Shown here: positions 31,185 through 40,642 of the stretch, in pieces
Layout of the letters: the number at the start of each line of letters is the position of its first letter
Numbering within the stretch: the first letter of the stretch is position 1
The notes under the pieces: generated by a model
The model's database searches: none
Told to the model about the DNA's origin: nothing
Seen by the model: only the letters and a program-made list of their open reading frames with translations
Assembly: GCA_045106895.1 (NCBI GenBank)
Contig: JBGCFM010000149.1
Coordinates: 40,899-104,898 of the forward strand
Reading direction: 5' to 3'
Source of the DNA: Polyangiales bacterium
Lineage (GTDB): Bacteria > Myxococcota_A > Polyangia > Polyangiales > Houyiibacteriaceae
DNA length: 64,000 bases
Position numbers and translations under genes: made by a program

Positions 31185-31979
31185 CTACTCCGCGGCGTCA
31201 GCGGCCCAGCCTGCTTCGATGTGTGCTCGCATGGCCGCGCACTCCCCCGGGAGCGTGTCGCACTCGCACAAGTCCTCGAACGCTTGAATCTGGACCGCCA
31301 CATCTTCGCCGAGGACAAAGCGAGTCGCCGCCGCCTCCACCGCTCGGGCCCAAAGCAGAGCCGGGACATCGCCCCCGGCGGGAGCGATGCTGACGGCCTG
31401 CTCCACCCGCAGACCTCGCCCAAGCGTCACTCGTATTTGAGGGACCACACCGCGGCTCAAGTCCGGATAGAAGAGCTGAGCGACAAGTCGCGGCGGCCCT
31501 TCCGTCGCCCGCCCAACGAGGCACCCTTCTCCGCCGTACGCCGCGAAGTCGACGTGACGTTCCACGGCGCCGCCGTCCACCACCTCCACCATCGACGCGC
31601 AAGTGACGCCGCGTACCACGTCCGGCGCCGTCACGAGGAGCTCGAGGTGGCCGTTTCCGTCAGAATCAAGGGTGCCGGGAGCGAGGCGCACCCACGAACG
31701 TGAATGGGCTTCCGAGGGCGCTGTCACGGCGAGAACCCAGCCGCGCTCGCTCGCCACGCGCACCACGGTACGCCCGTCCGGGTGGTGAGCCCCAAACGCG
31801 GCGAAGCCCTCGGCATCTTCTCGCGTGTCGAGGACAAAGCCCTGGGCTTGAAACGACGCAAGAGCGCTATCCACGGCGTCGCTTGGGTCCATGCCTCCGT
31901 GAATCTCCGCCGCCGGGTTCAACGCGCTCTGGCCAGCGCAGGCCGCGACGAAGAAGCTCAGACTCAGAAGACGCCTCAC
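31185..31979 (-). CDS. Hypothetical lipoprotein
   Basis: GTG start, then LLSLSFFVAAC lipobox; DSDGNG motif. Confidence 0.6.
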   Translation of the reverse strand: MRRLLSLSFFVAACAGQSALNPAAEIHGGMDPSDAVDSALASFQAQGFVLDTREDAEGFAAFGAHHPDGRTVVRVASERGWVLAVTAPSEAHSRSWVRLAPGTLDSDGNGHLELLVTAPDVVRGVTCASMVEVVDGGAVERHVDFAAYGGEGCLVGRATEGPPRLVAQLFYPDLSRGVVPQIRVTLGRGLRVEQAVSIAPAGGDVPALLWARAVEAAATRFVLGEDVAVQIQAFEDLCECDTLPGECAAMRAHIEAGWAADAAE

Positions 31980-32024
31980 CCTCCGAGGCTGGCCTATAGA
32001 CCTCGCTCGTGCCAAGTCCTCTTC

Positions 32025-32498
32025 ATGGCGATTTCCTCCGGACTCTATCGAACGACCCTCGCGCACCCACTCAAGCCCGACGCGATCGGCAAAGACATGC
32101 TCGTCTTTGTAGGCACACGCGACGACGGTCCATTTGTGGTTCACCCCCACTACAACGAAAAGAACCGATGGTTCTGGCGCGACCCCGTCGTCCCCCTGAC
32201 GGACGAAGTTTGGTCAAAGACCCTCAAGCCGCTTCGCACGGAGGGCTACTACACGTTGCCCAAGACGCTGAACTTTGAAGGCGGCGGTAAGTGGCTCAAG
32301 GACGCCATCGTTCAGCTCGGCTACGACCGTACGGGTCACGGCATCCTCTTCATCGCCGAGCGACGCGATGCGGCGGAAGAGAACGCACTTTGGTTCAGCG
32401 CCAACGGCCATCGCATTGAAGACGATCTTCTTGCGGAGCTTCGTTGGGCACCGATCTTGCCCGTCAGCGAAGTGCCGAACGGCCAGCTCAAGCACTAG
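32025..32498 (+). CDS. Hypothetical protein
   Basis: Strong GC3 bias; globular composition. Confidence 0.7.
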   Translation: MAISSGLYRTTLAHPLKPDAIGKDMLVFVGTRDDGPFVVHPHYNEKNRWFWRDPVVPLTDEVWSKTLKPLRTEGYYTLPKTLNFEGGGKWLKDAIVQLGYDRTGHGILFIAERRDAAEENALWFSANGHRIEDDLLAELRWAPILPVSEVPNGQLKH

Positions 32499-32554
32499 TC
32501 TGAATCAAGCACTAGTCCAAACAACTCCCAAGCCCTTGCGCCGAAGAGGCGCGC

Positions 32555-33169
32555 ATGTGGAAAAACATCGCGCGCGGTTTCGTCGATCTGGTCGCCCCTC
32601 GGCATTGCCCGGGGTGTGACGTCCTGCTCGGGGAGGACACGCTGAGTTTCTGCGCCGCCTGCGCGCCACTCCTTGAGCCATGCGAGGGACCAGCGTGCTT
32701 CGAATACGGCGGGCCTCTGGCGGACGCAATTCGCCGCCTGAAGTACGAGGCACGGGTGGATCTTGTGGCCCCGCTGGCCGCGCTGTGGGTACCTCAAGGA
32801 CAGGACCACGCGGGGCACGTGGACGTCGTCATTCCCATGCCGGTCCATGCTCGACGTCTACGAAAGCGGCGGATCGATTGGGTCGCCCTCCTGGCCGAGC
32901 CCCTCGCCGAGTCGTTGGGCGTCCCTCTCGACACACGACGTCTCGCGCGTATTCGTGACACCCAGGTGCAAGCCTCGCTCCCACGAGCCGCCCGCGACAT
33001 GAATGTGCGCGGTGCGTTCAAAGCGCGAAGAGACGACACGCACCGGCGTGTGCTTCTTGTCGATGATGTCCGTACCACTGGCGCCACCATGCGCGCAGCA
33101 ACAGGGGCGCTCTACCGCGCCGGAGCATCGCGGGTTCGTGTCATGGCGCTTGCGGGCGTCCTTGAGTGA
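32555..33169 (+). CDS. comF: ComF family phosphoribosyltransferase-like protein
   Basis: CPGC/CAAC zinc finger; LKY, PMPVH, LLVDDVRTTGAT. Confidence 0.88.
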   Translation: MWKNIARGFVDLVAPRHCPGCDVLLGEDTLSFCAACAPLLEPCEGPACFEYGGPLADAIRRLKYEARVDLVAPLAALWVPQGQDHAGHVDVVIPMPVHARRLRKRRIDWVALLAEPLAESLGVPLDTRRLARIRDTQVQASLPRAARDMNVRGAFKARRDDTHRRVLLVDDVRTTGATMRAATGALYRAGASRVRVMALAGVLE

Positions 33170-33175
33170 GCCGCG

Positions 33176-33616
33176 CTAGTGGTTGTAGGGTTCGTTCCGC
33201 AGAATCGTGAACGCGCGGTACACCTGCTCCGCGAGAAATAGGCGCGCGAGGCGATGTGGAAGCGTCATCGCGGAGAGCGAGAGCTTGAGGTCCGCCTCGT
33301 CGGAGATGGCCTTGGGCAAGCCGTAGCTACCGCCGATAAGAAACACGATGGATTGAACGCCGTCGTTCTCACAGCGCCCCACGAACTTTGCGAGTTTCTC
33401 CGACGTGTAGGCTTTGCCGAGGACTTCAAGGGCAACGACACGACTCCGGTCGGGAATCGCCTTGCGAAAACGAGCCTCCACGGTGGCTTCGTCCCCATCG
33501 CGCAGCTCCACTTCCCGAAAGCGCCCGTAGCGTCCGATGCGCCCGAAGTAGTCATCGAGCGCATCCCGCAGGCCGTGCTTTTTGATCTTGCCAACGGCGA
33601 TGAGGTGAACCTGCAC
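33176..33616 (-). CDS. rlmH: 23S rRNA pseudouridine-1915 N3-methyltransferase
   Basis: AVGK, FLIGGSYGL, LSLSAMTLPH, EQVYRA, PYNH. Confidence 0.96.
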   Translation of the reverse strand: MQVHLIAVGKIKKHGLRDALDDYFGRIGRYGRFREVELRDGDEATVEARFRKAIPDRSRVVALEVLGKAYTSEKLAKFVGRCENDGVQSIVFLIGGSYGLPKAISDEADLKLSLSAMTLPHRLARLFLAEQVYRAFTILRNEPYNH

Positions 33617-33631
33617 GCCCGCGGACTTTTC

Positions 33632-34045
33632 CTAGACGTCGACCTCAACGCGCGCCGCGTCGATCCAAAGGGACTCCAGGTCGTAGTAGCCGCGCGTGTC
33701 TTCATGAAAGATGTGCACGATGACGTCGGAGTAGTCCATTAGGACCCACTGGCCTTGGGGCAACCCTTCCACACCGAAGCAGGCCTCGCCGTGGTCGACC
33801 TTCATTGTGGTCTGCACACCCTTGGCGATAGCCGCGACCTGGCGTTCGCTTCGGCCACTCATGATGACGACGAAGTCGGTGTAATCGACCTTGCCGCGCA
33901 CATCGATGATCTCGACCTGAAGCGCCTTCTTGTCCATGCCGGCAGCGGCGACGTGAAGAGCCAAGGCTTTCGCCCCGTCGGCGTCGCGTCGTGCGGGGCG
34001 TGGGGTGGCCAGCTTCTCTCGGATTTTATCGGACGTTTCGCTCAC
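33632..34045 (-). CDS. rsfS: Ribosomal silencing factor
   Basis: DKKA, DFVVIMSG.SERQV, WVLMDYSDVIVHIF, YYDLESLW. Confidence 0.96.
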   Translation of the reverse strand: MSETSDKIREKLATPRPARRDADGAKALALHVAAAGMDKKALQVEIIDVRGKVDYTDFVVIMSGRSERQVAAIAKGVQTTMKVDHGEACFGVEGLPQGQWVLMDYSDVIVHIFHEDTRGYYDLESLWIDAARVEVDV

Positions 34046-34140
34046 TCAGATTCCTGTTCTTTTCTTTCTTTGAGGAAACCTCGGGGAAGTTTCCTCGCCG
34101 CAGCAGGCGGCTCACGTTCAAACTCTGGTGCCGACGGCAT
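34042..34140 (-). CDS. Putative 32-aa leader peptide MPSAPEFEREPPAAARKLPRGFLKERKEQESE
   Basis: ATG at 34140; its TGA overlaps the rsfS GTG (GTGA); no clear SD. Confidence 0.35.
   Translation of the reverse strand: MPSAPEFEREPPAAARKLPRGFLKERKEQESE
34063..34122 (-). repeat. Copy A of a 60-nt dispersed structured element (candidate ncRNA or cis-element)
   Basis: TTTGAACGTGAGCCGCCTGCTGCGGCGAGGAAACTTCCCCGAGGTTTCCTCAAAGAAAGA; 51/60 identical to copy B. Confidence 0.8.
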
Positions 34141-34213
34141 CGCCGTGGCTTCTCGCGGAGCATCACCTCCGCTGGATCACGATGCAAGCCGGCGGGCTTC
34201 GTGGTCTCCGCGC

Positions 34214-35494
34214 TTAGGCGCGAACCTGGCCTTTTCCGCGAACGACCCACTTGAGCGCGCAAAGTTCTTCAAGCCCCATAGGACCGTAAGCGTGCAGTTT
34301 CGTTGTGGAAATGCCCATCTCAGCGCCAAGACCGAGCTGGCCACCGTCGTTGAAACGTGTGCTCGCGTTGACCAAGACTACGCCCGCATCGACTTCGTGA
34401 AGCCATCGCTCGCACGCGACGCTGTCTTCGCTCACGATGGACTCGCTATGAAGGCTGCCGTGGCGGGCGACGTGGTCGAGTGCTCCGTCGATGCCCTGGA
34501 CGATGGCGACGTTGAGGTCGAGGGCGAGGTACTCGCGATCAAAGTCGGCATCGACGGAGGCGTCCGGCAGCCACTTCGCCGCCTCGTCGTCCACGTGAAG
34601 TTGCACGTTCGCTGCTTTCATCGCCGCATCGAGCATCGGCAAGAAGAGCGGCGCGATGAGCCCATCGACGAGCACGGTCTCCGTAGAGTTGCACGCGCTT
34701 GGCCGCTGGGCCTTGCCGTTGACGACGATGGAGAGCGCTTGGTCCAGCTTCGCCGCGGCGTCGACGTACACATGACAGACGCCCTTGTAGTGACGGATCA
34801 CGGGGACTCGAGCGTTCTCGGCCACGAAACGAATCAAGCCTTCTCCGCCTCGCGGAATCACGAGGTCGAGGACGCCGTCGAGCTGGATCATCTCGAGCGT
34901 TGCGCTCCGGTCCGTCGTCGGTAGCAGGCACGCGCACTCCGCACCGAAGCCTTCTTGCTCCAGGGCGTCGGCGAGAACGCTGGACAGAACGGTGTTCGTT
35001 CGGAAGGCCTCTTTTCCGCCACGGAGCAGGACCGCGTTTCCGCTCTTGATGCACAGCGCAGCGGCGTCGATGGTGACGTTGGGCCGCGACTCGTACACGA
35101 TTCCGATCAGACCAATGGGCACGCGCATTCGCGCCACGTCGAGTCCGTTCGGCAAGCGACGACGCTGCTCGACGGCGCCAACGGGGTCGTTGAGGTGGGC
35201 GACCTGGCGCACGCTCGCGACGACATCCGCGAGGCGTTTCTCATCGAGGCGGAGCCGATCGACCATCGCCGGGGCGAGCCCCGCGGCCTCGGCGGCGCTT
35301 ACATCCTCGGCGTTCGCCAAGAGGATCTCAGCGCTTTTGGCCTCCAGACCCACCCCAATGCGGAGTAAAACCGCGTCTTTGTGGGCACTTGGCGCCTTCG
35401 CCAGAGCCCGCGCGGCGGACTTCGCGCGTCGCGCGAGGGCCTCCACGCTGAAGCCCACGCTTGGATTCTGGCTGGCTGAGAGTTCGGCGTTCAC
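34214..35494 (-). CDS. proA: Gamma-glutamyl phosphate reductase
   Basis: IVYESRPNVT, LRGGKEA, IPRGG, CNSTET, NASTRF, ISTTKLHAYGPMG. Confidence 0.96.
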   Translation of the reverse strand: MNAELSASQNPSVGFSVEALARRAKSAARALAKAPSAHKDAVLLRIGVGLEAKSAEILLANAEDVSAAEAAGLAPAMVDRLRLDEKRLADVVASVRQVAHLNDPVGAVEQRRRLPNGLDVARMRVPIGLIGIVYESRPNVTIDAAALCIKSGNAVLLRGGKEAFRTNTVLSSVLADALEQEGFGAECACLLPTTDRSATLEMIQLDGVLDLVIPRGGEGLIRFVAENARVPVIRHYKGVCHVYVDAAAKLDQALSIVVNGKAQRPSACNSTETVLVDGLIAPLFLPMLDAAMKAANVQLHVDDEAAKWLPDASVDADFDREYLALDLNVAIVQGIDGALDHVARHGSLHSESIVSEDSVACERWLHEVDAGVVLVNASTRFNDGGQLGLGAEMGISTTKLHAYGPMGLEELCALKWVVRGKGQVRA

Positions 35495-35548
35495 GGGCTG
35501 AAGGTAGCGCCATTTTCGCAAGGGTCCACGGGGAATGAGCCAGATGAC

Positions 35549-36622
35549 TCAGAGCATCACAAGGTCGTCGCGGTGGACTACGATCGTACCCTGGGCGCCG
35601 ACGAGAGCCCGCGCTTCAGCGCTGTTTTGGCGAACGAGTCCGCGTGCGATGAGCCCTTGCGGCCCCTCCAACGCCACGGCGTCGCCTGCGACGAACTCCC
35701 CGTCCACCTGACGAAGCCCCGCGGACAGCAGGCTCGCTCCACTTTGCAGCGCCGAGAGTGCCCCCGCGTCGATGTGCAGAGTCCCCCGCGCCCTTAGCGT
35801 GAAGGCGATCCACGCCTTGCGCGAAGGCAGGCTCGCGCCGCCGGGAACGAAGAGCGTGCCGACATCTTCGCCGCCAAGAAGCCGCTCCAAGATAAGCGGA
35901 TCGCTTGCATCAGCGACGAACGCGGCGGCACCGGACCTTGTACCGCGTCGCGCCGCCTCGACCTTGCTGCTCATTCCGCCGGAGCCCACGTCGTCGGTGG
36001 GCTCCTCGATGTAGTCACTCAGATCCATGTCCGGGGTGACCGTTGAGATGCGCTTGCCGCCCTCGCCGCGGACGCCTTCGACGTCGCTCAAAAGGACCAG
36101 TACATCGGCGCCGATGAGCGTACAAACCATCGCAGCGAGCTGGTCGTTGTCACCGAAGCGGATCTCGTCGACGGCGACGGCGTCGTTCTCGTTGATGATA
36201 GGAATGGCGGGCGTGGAGAGGATTCCCTCGAGGGCTCGCCGAGCGTTGAGAAAACGGCCGCGCTCGGCGAGGTCGGCGTGCGTAAGCAGTACTTGGGCGA
36301 CGGGGATCTTGTGCGGCGCGAACGCGTCCCCGTATGCATTCATCAGCGCCGACTGGCCGATGGCCGAGGCCGCTTGGAGCTGTGCCAGGTCCGTGGGCCG
36401 CTCCTTCATCGACAAGACCCCCCGGCCCATCGCGATGGCGCCGGAGGACACCAACACGATGGCGCGCCCCTCACAGTCGGCCCGGAGCTCGGCGACCTGT
36501 TTGGCGAGAGACTCAAAGCGACCCGGCTGTGAAACGAGGGAACGAGAGCCGATTTTGACGACCACGCGGCGCGCGCCCTTGAGAGCCGCCCTTATCTCTT
36601 GCTCGATGTTTTTCTCGTTCAC
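35549..36622 (-). CDS. proB: Glutamate 5-kinase with PUA domain
   Basis: VVKIGS, VSSGAI, INEND, FGDNDQL, GSGGM..K, HRDDL. Confidence 0.96.
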   Translation of the reverse strand: MNEKNIEQEIRAALKGARRVVVKIGSRSLVSQPGRFESLAKQVAELRADCEGRAIVLVSSGAIAMGRGVLSMKERPTDLAQLQAASAIGQSALMNAYGDAFAPHKIPVAQVLLTHADLAERGRFLNARRALEGILSTPAIPIINENDAVAVDEIRFGDNDQLAAMVCTLIGADVLVLLSDVEGVRGEGGKRISTVTPDMDLSDYIEEPTDDVGSGGMSSKVEAARRGTRSGAAAFVADASDPLILERLLGGEDVGTLFVPGGASLPSRKAWIAFTLRARGTLHIDAGALSALQSGASLLSAGLRQVDGEFVAGDAVALEGPQGLIARGLVRQNSAEARALVGAQGTIVVHRDDLVML

Positions 36623-36719
36623 CGCCGTGATCTCCCGATTTACATGGTCATTTAGATGAAAAAGACGGGAATGCGACCCGCTCCGTGGGGTAATTCAATC
36701 TGGGGAGCGTAATGAGAGC

Positions 36720-39700
36720 ATGAGTTCAGAGCTTTATCCGCCTGCGCCGTTTGGAATTCCGGCGGACCTCGCCACGCCATCGGCTCGCTACAAGCGTCAA
36801 ACGGCCGCCGCCGTTGTTGGCGTCGCGCTCTTCTTCATCTTCTATTTCTGCCTCACAGGCTGGTTCGCCCTTGTGGCGTATCGCGCCGTTCGGGGCTTTG
36901 CCTCACACCCCGAACGCACCTTCCTCATCGGTATTCCCGCCGCTTTCCTGTTCGTGATTCTCGCCAAGGGTTTGTTCGCGCGAAAGAAGATGTCGCGGGA
37001 CTCTCTTTTTGAGCTGAGCGCGGAAGAGGAGCCGGACTTTGTGGCCTTCGTTCACCAGGTCGCGAAGGAGACAGGCGCCAAGCTGCCCGCAAAGATCTAT
37101 CTCTCGCCGGACGTGAACGCAGCGGTCTTCCTCGATGTGGGACTCATCAACCTGCTGGTCCCGACGAAGAAGAACCTTGTCGTTGGGCTTGGTCTCATCA
37201 ACAGCCTCACCCTCGACGAACTCAAGGCCGTCATCGCACACGAGTTCGGTCACTTCGCGCAACGCTCGATGGGCGTCGGCCAGTGGGTCTACCTGGCCAG
37301 AGGGTTCGTTTCCGACCTCATCGCGCGGCGCGACATCTTCGACCGTTTCATTCAGGGGCTCTCGCACACGGACTTCCGCATCGCTTGGATCGGCTGGATA
37401 TTTCGAGTGCTCGTGTGGGCCCTTCGCGCCGTCGTCGATCAATTCTTCCGCTTCGTCGAGCTACTAGGTCGCGCCTTGTCTCGGCAAATGGAGTTCCAAG
37501 CGGACCTCGTGTCTGTGCGCGTCAGCGGCAGCGATAGCCTCGTCCACGCGCTGCATAGGCTGCACGCCGCCGACCGTGGATGGGGCGAAGCCGCGAACTT
37601 CGTCGCCAACGACGCCCGCCGCGGCCGCATGTCGGAAGACCTCTTTGCCGTGCAAACCCGTTTTGTGGAGCGCTACCGTGAGGTCCACGCCCTCGCCACG
37701 CACGGCGCCACGCCCGAGCGTCCGGAGCGTGACGCGGCGACGCACCGGGTCTTCGCCCGCACGATCGCAGATACGCCCCGAATGTGGTCCACGCACCCTT
37801 CCAACAAGGACCGCGAAGAGAACTGCAAAGCGACCTACTTCAAATCCAACCTCGACGCGCGCAGCGCCTGGGCTGTGTTTCGCGACGCCGACAAGGTTCG
37901 ACGTCGCGTCACGCGACACTTCATCGAGTTGGTACTCACTGGCCCTCCCGGGTCGAGCCCACCACACAACGTACCGGAGAAGGTGTTCGTGCCCCTCGAC
38001 GAGAGCTTGGCGCGCGTCGACGAGTTCTTCGATCGGCCCTCCCTCGACCGCAGGTATCAGGGCCTCTACACAACCATGCAGCTGACGCGAGCGATCAAAC
38101 GGGACGCCCCGCTTTGCGCAGAACCCGCCGGAGCACTCGACAAGGACCAGCTCCTCACTGCGTTTGAGCGAACGTTCTCGCCGGACGTCGCGGACGAAGT
38201 CGAAGAATACTTCTCGCTCAACGAAGAGCTCGCCAACCTCGAGGGCCTTCGTATCGGTTTCCTGAAGGCGCCCGGCGGCATCATCGTCCATCGAGGAGAG
38301 CAGCTGCGTCGAAAGGACCTGGAGAGCGCCGTGGATTCCGTTCGCACGGAGGTTGAAGCAAACCGCGCCTCCCTTGGAGAGCGCTTCCGTCGCGCACGAG
38401 GCATCGCGATGCGCATCGCGCGCGGCGTCGACGCGCAACGCCCCGCCGGTGAAGACTGGAGCACCTGGGAGAAGCACCTCCAGGGTCTCCTCGATCTCCT
38501 CCGCTACGCCGAACACAGCGCGGCCCAGCTCGTCGACGTCGTTACCTATTTCGAGCACGTGTTGAACATCGTCTTTGCCGACGGCCACGTATCGAACTCC
38601 GAGTTTCGTCGCCTCGAAGTCGATGGCGCGCGCCTCGCACAGACTCTTCGAAAGATCTTCACACAGCGAACAAGCGTGCTCCTGTGTGATCCGGTGAGAC
38701 TACGGCTCACCAAGGATGGCATTTCTTGGGAAGCGCTCATCGGTCCCGAACTCCACCTTCAGGCGCCGCTGCGCAATGACTTCGCCCACGACTGGATCGG
38801 CATCGCCTCGACGTGGTGGTCGCCATACCTCTCGTCGCTGCACGCTCTTACATCCAATACGCTGGACGTCCTCATCGAGACCGAGGAGCTGCTCCTCAGC
38901 AGCCTTCGAAAAGACAGTGACCCGGGAGACGCGCCCGCTGCAGCGAGCGTTCCCAAGAGCTACGACACGTTCTGTTACGGCGACGAGCTCAAGCGCCAAG
39001 AGCGACTCGGCTGGTGGGACCGTTTCCAGGTAGCCCAGGGCTTTGCCGGCGGCCTCATGCGCTTCGTCGTCGCAGGCGCTGTCCTCGCGCCAGCGTTTTT
39101 CGCTGGGTTTCTCACGTCAAAGATGGAGCTCTGGGTGCACAACGGCCTCGGCGTCCCCGTGATGGTGAGCGTCGCGGGCGAAGATGAGAGCATCGAGGTC
39201 TTTCCGGGTCGCCAGCAGCAGATTGAGGTCGCCGGCGATGCCCTTGAGATCGCGACGAGCACCCTCGGCGGGGAGCTCATCGAGACCTTCGTCTCCCCGG
39301 ACATTAGCGGGATGTCCGATCCCGTTTACAACGTCGCCGGCGCCACCGGCTTCGCGCGTTGGTGGGCGGTGTATGGAACTGCCACTGAGCGAGACACCCA
39401 GTTTGAGCATGGGCGTTTTTTGGATGCCGACGCGCGACATGTCTTCCGCGATCCACCGCGGAGCATGTCCAGTAGCGGTTCTGGAACGTCGACCTCGGTG
39501 TTTGAAGCGATGGACAATCCGATTCAGCTCTTCTCGGCGTTCCCCCAGGAAGTGGCCCAAGAGATGGCCGCGGCACACCTGCAATGGGACCCCCCAAGCT
39601 CCCCGAACTATCTCTATTGGATCTACGCGCTCCCTGAAACTGAACGCAGCGCTCATGCGAACGCCCTCTACGAAGCTCAGCCCACGCCGCGTCTCCTCAT

Positions 39701-40568
39701 GATGGTCCTCTCGTTGATGAGCGCCGACGAGGAGGCCGACTTCTGCAACGCCGCGATGGCGGTCTCTTCGCCGACAGGGCAAGCCGCCGTCGAGGCTTCG
39801 TTCTGCGCACGGGACGCACAGATCATCACCCTCGCGAACACGAACTCGGATCCGTGGGTGCAGTTGATGGCCGGCGACCAAGCGTTCCGCGACCACCACT
39901 TTGACGTCGCCCTTCGCTACTACGGACGCGCCAGCCAGCTCCAGCAAAACAACGAAGCGAACCTCTCCTCCCGTCGTGCACGAACGCTCCGGCTTTTGGG
40001 ACGCTTCGCCGAAGCCATGGACCTGCCCTCGGATGGCGGCATGTACGACTTCTACAACGCCATCGAACGGCAGGGCCAGAGCGCTTGGGAGGCCGGTCAC
40101 ACGGCTTGGGACCGGCAGAGCGGCACCTTCGATGCTGGCGATCTCTCGCGGCTCTCCGTGGCAACGATGGGCGACGAACTCGCCCTCGGCGCGGGCTCTT
40201 TGGGCGCGCCGGAGAGCTGGCGCGAAGCTCTGGCACGCTCCAACCAACCGTTTCAGCGCGCGAACGCGGCGGTCGTCGCCTGGGGGCTGAGCTGGGCGAT
40301 GGACGACGTGGCGCTTCGCGCGCGAGCAGCGCAGGCGTACGCCACCCTTGGGGGCTCCCTCGACCTCACCAGCCTCGACATGAACGCGTACCGGTCCCAG
40401 CCTGAGCAGCTCCTCGCGGGTGAGAGCCAACGTGGGCTCGAGCATCAAACCCAGACCCGCCTCGCTGGAATCATGGCGTGGGGCGACGACGCACCGCCGG
40501 AATGGCGTACGTTCGTCGAAGCGGCACTCTTCATGGCCGAACGGCCCCACGTGGCTCCGGCACGGTAG
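36720..40568 (+). CDS. Large membrane M48-family zinc metalloprotease with extended C-terminal region
   Basis: TM helices; VNAAV, HEFGH, EFQAD, STHP; later TM and TPR-like helix. Confidence 0.85.
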   Translation: MSSELYPPAPFGIPADLATPSARYKRQTAAAVVGVALFFIFYFCLTGWFALVAYRAVRGFASHPERTFLIGIPAAFLFVILAKGLFARKKMSRDSLFELSAEEEPDFVAFVHQVAKETGAKLPAKIYLSPDVNAAVFLDVGLINLLVPTKKNLVVGLGLINSLTLDELKAVIAHEFGHFAQRSMGVGQWVYLARGFVSDLIARRDIFDRFIQGLSHTDFRIAWIGWIFRVLVWALRAVVDQFFRFVELLGRALSRQMEFQADLVSVRVSGSDSLVHALHRLHAADRGWGEAANFVANDARRGRMSEDLFAVQTRFVERYREVHALATHGATPERPERDAATHRVFARTIADTPRMWSTHPSNKDREENCKATYFKSNLDARSAWAVFRDADKVRRRVTRHFIELVLTGPPGSSPPHNVPEKVFVPLDESLARVDEFFDRPSLDRRYQGLYTTMQLTRAIKRDAPLCAEPAGALDKDQLLTAFERTFSPDVADEVEEYFSLNEELANLEGLRIGFLKAPGGIIVHRGEQLRRKDLESAVDSVRTEVEANRASLGERFRRARGIAMRIARGVDAQRPAGEDWSTWEKHLQGLLDLLRYAEHSAAQLVDVVTYFEHVLNIVFADGHVSNSEFRRLEVDGARLAQTLRKIFTQRTSVLLCDPVRLRLTKDGISWEALIGPELHLQAPLRNDFAHDWIGIASTWWSPYLSSLHALTSNTLDVLIETEELLLSSLRKDSDPGDAPAAASVPKSYDTFCYGDELKRQERLGWWDRFQVAQGFAGGLMRFVVAGAVLAPAFFAGFLTSKMELWVHNGLGVPVMVSVAGEDESIEVFPGRQQQIEVAGDALEIATSTLGGELIETFVSPDISGMSDPVYNVAGATGFARWWAVYGTATERDTQFEHGRFLDADARHVFRDPPRSMSSSGSGTSTSVFEAMDNPIQLFSAFPQEVAQEMAAAHLQWDPPSSPNYLYWIYALPETERSAHANALYEAQPTPRLLMMVLSLMSADEEADFCNAAMAVSSPTGQAAVEASFCARDAQIITLANTNSDPWVQLMAGDQAFRDHHFDVALRYYGRASQLQQNNEANLSSRRARTLRLLGRFAEAMDLPSDGGMYDFYNAIERQGQSAWEAGHTAWDRQSGTFDAGDLSRLSVATMGDELALGAGSLGAPESWREALARSNQPFQRANAAVVAWGLSWAMDDVALRARAAQAYATLGGSLDLTSLDMNAYRSQPEQLLAGESQRGLEHQTQTRLAGIMAWGDDAPPEWRTFVEAALFMAERPHVAPAR

Positions 40569-40642
40569 GCCCCTCATTGAAAGCCGCGCGGGAATAGGTC
40601 ACGAAGAGGACTTGTTCGATGTGAATCGCTACTATCCCCGCC

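Noticed and set aside
34063..34122. 60-nt element as a hammerhead ribozyme, intrinsic terminator or attC site
   Set aside because: It lacks the CUGANGA/GAAA core, no U-tract follows the hairpins on either strand, and there are no RYYYAAC/GTTRRRY ends or integrase.
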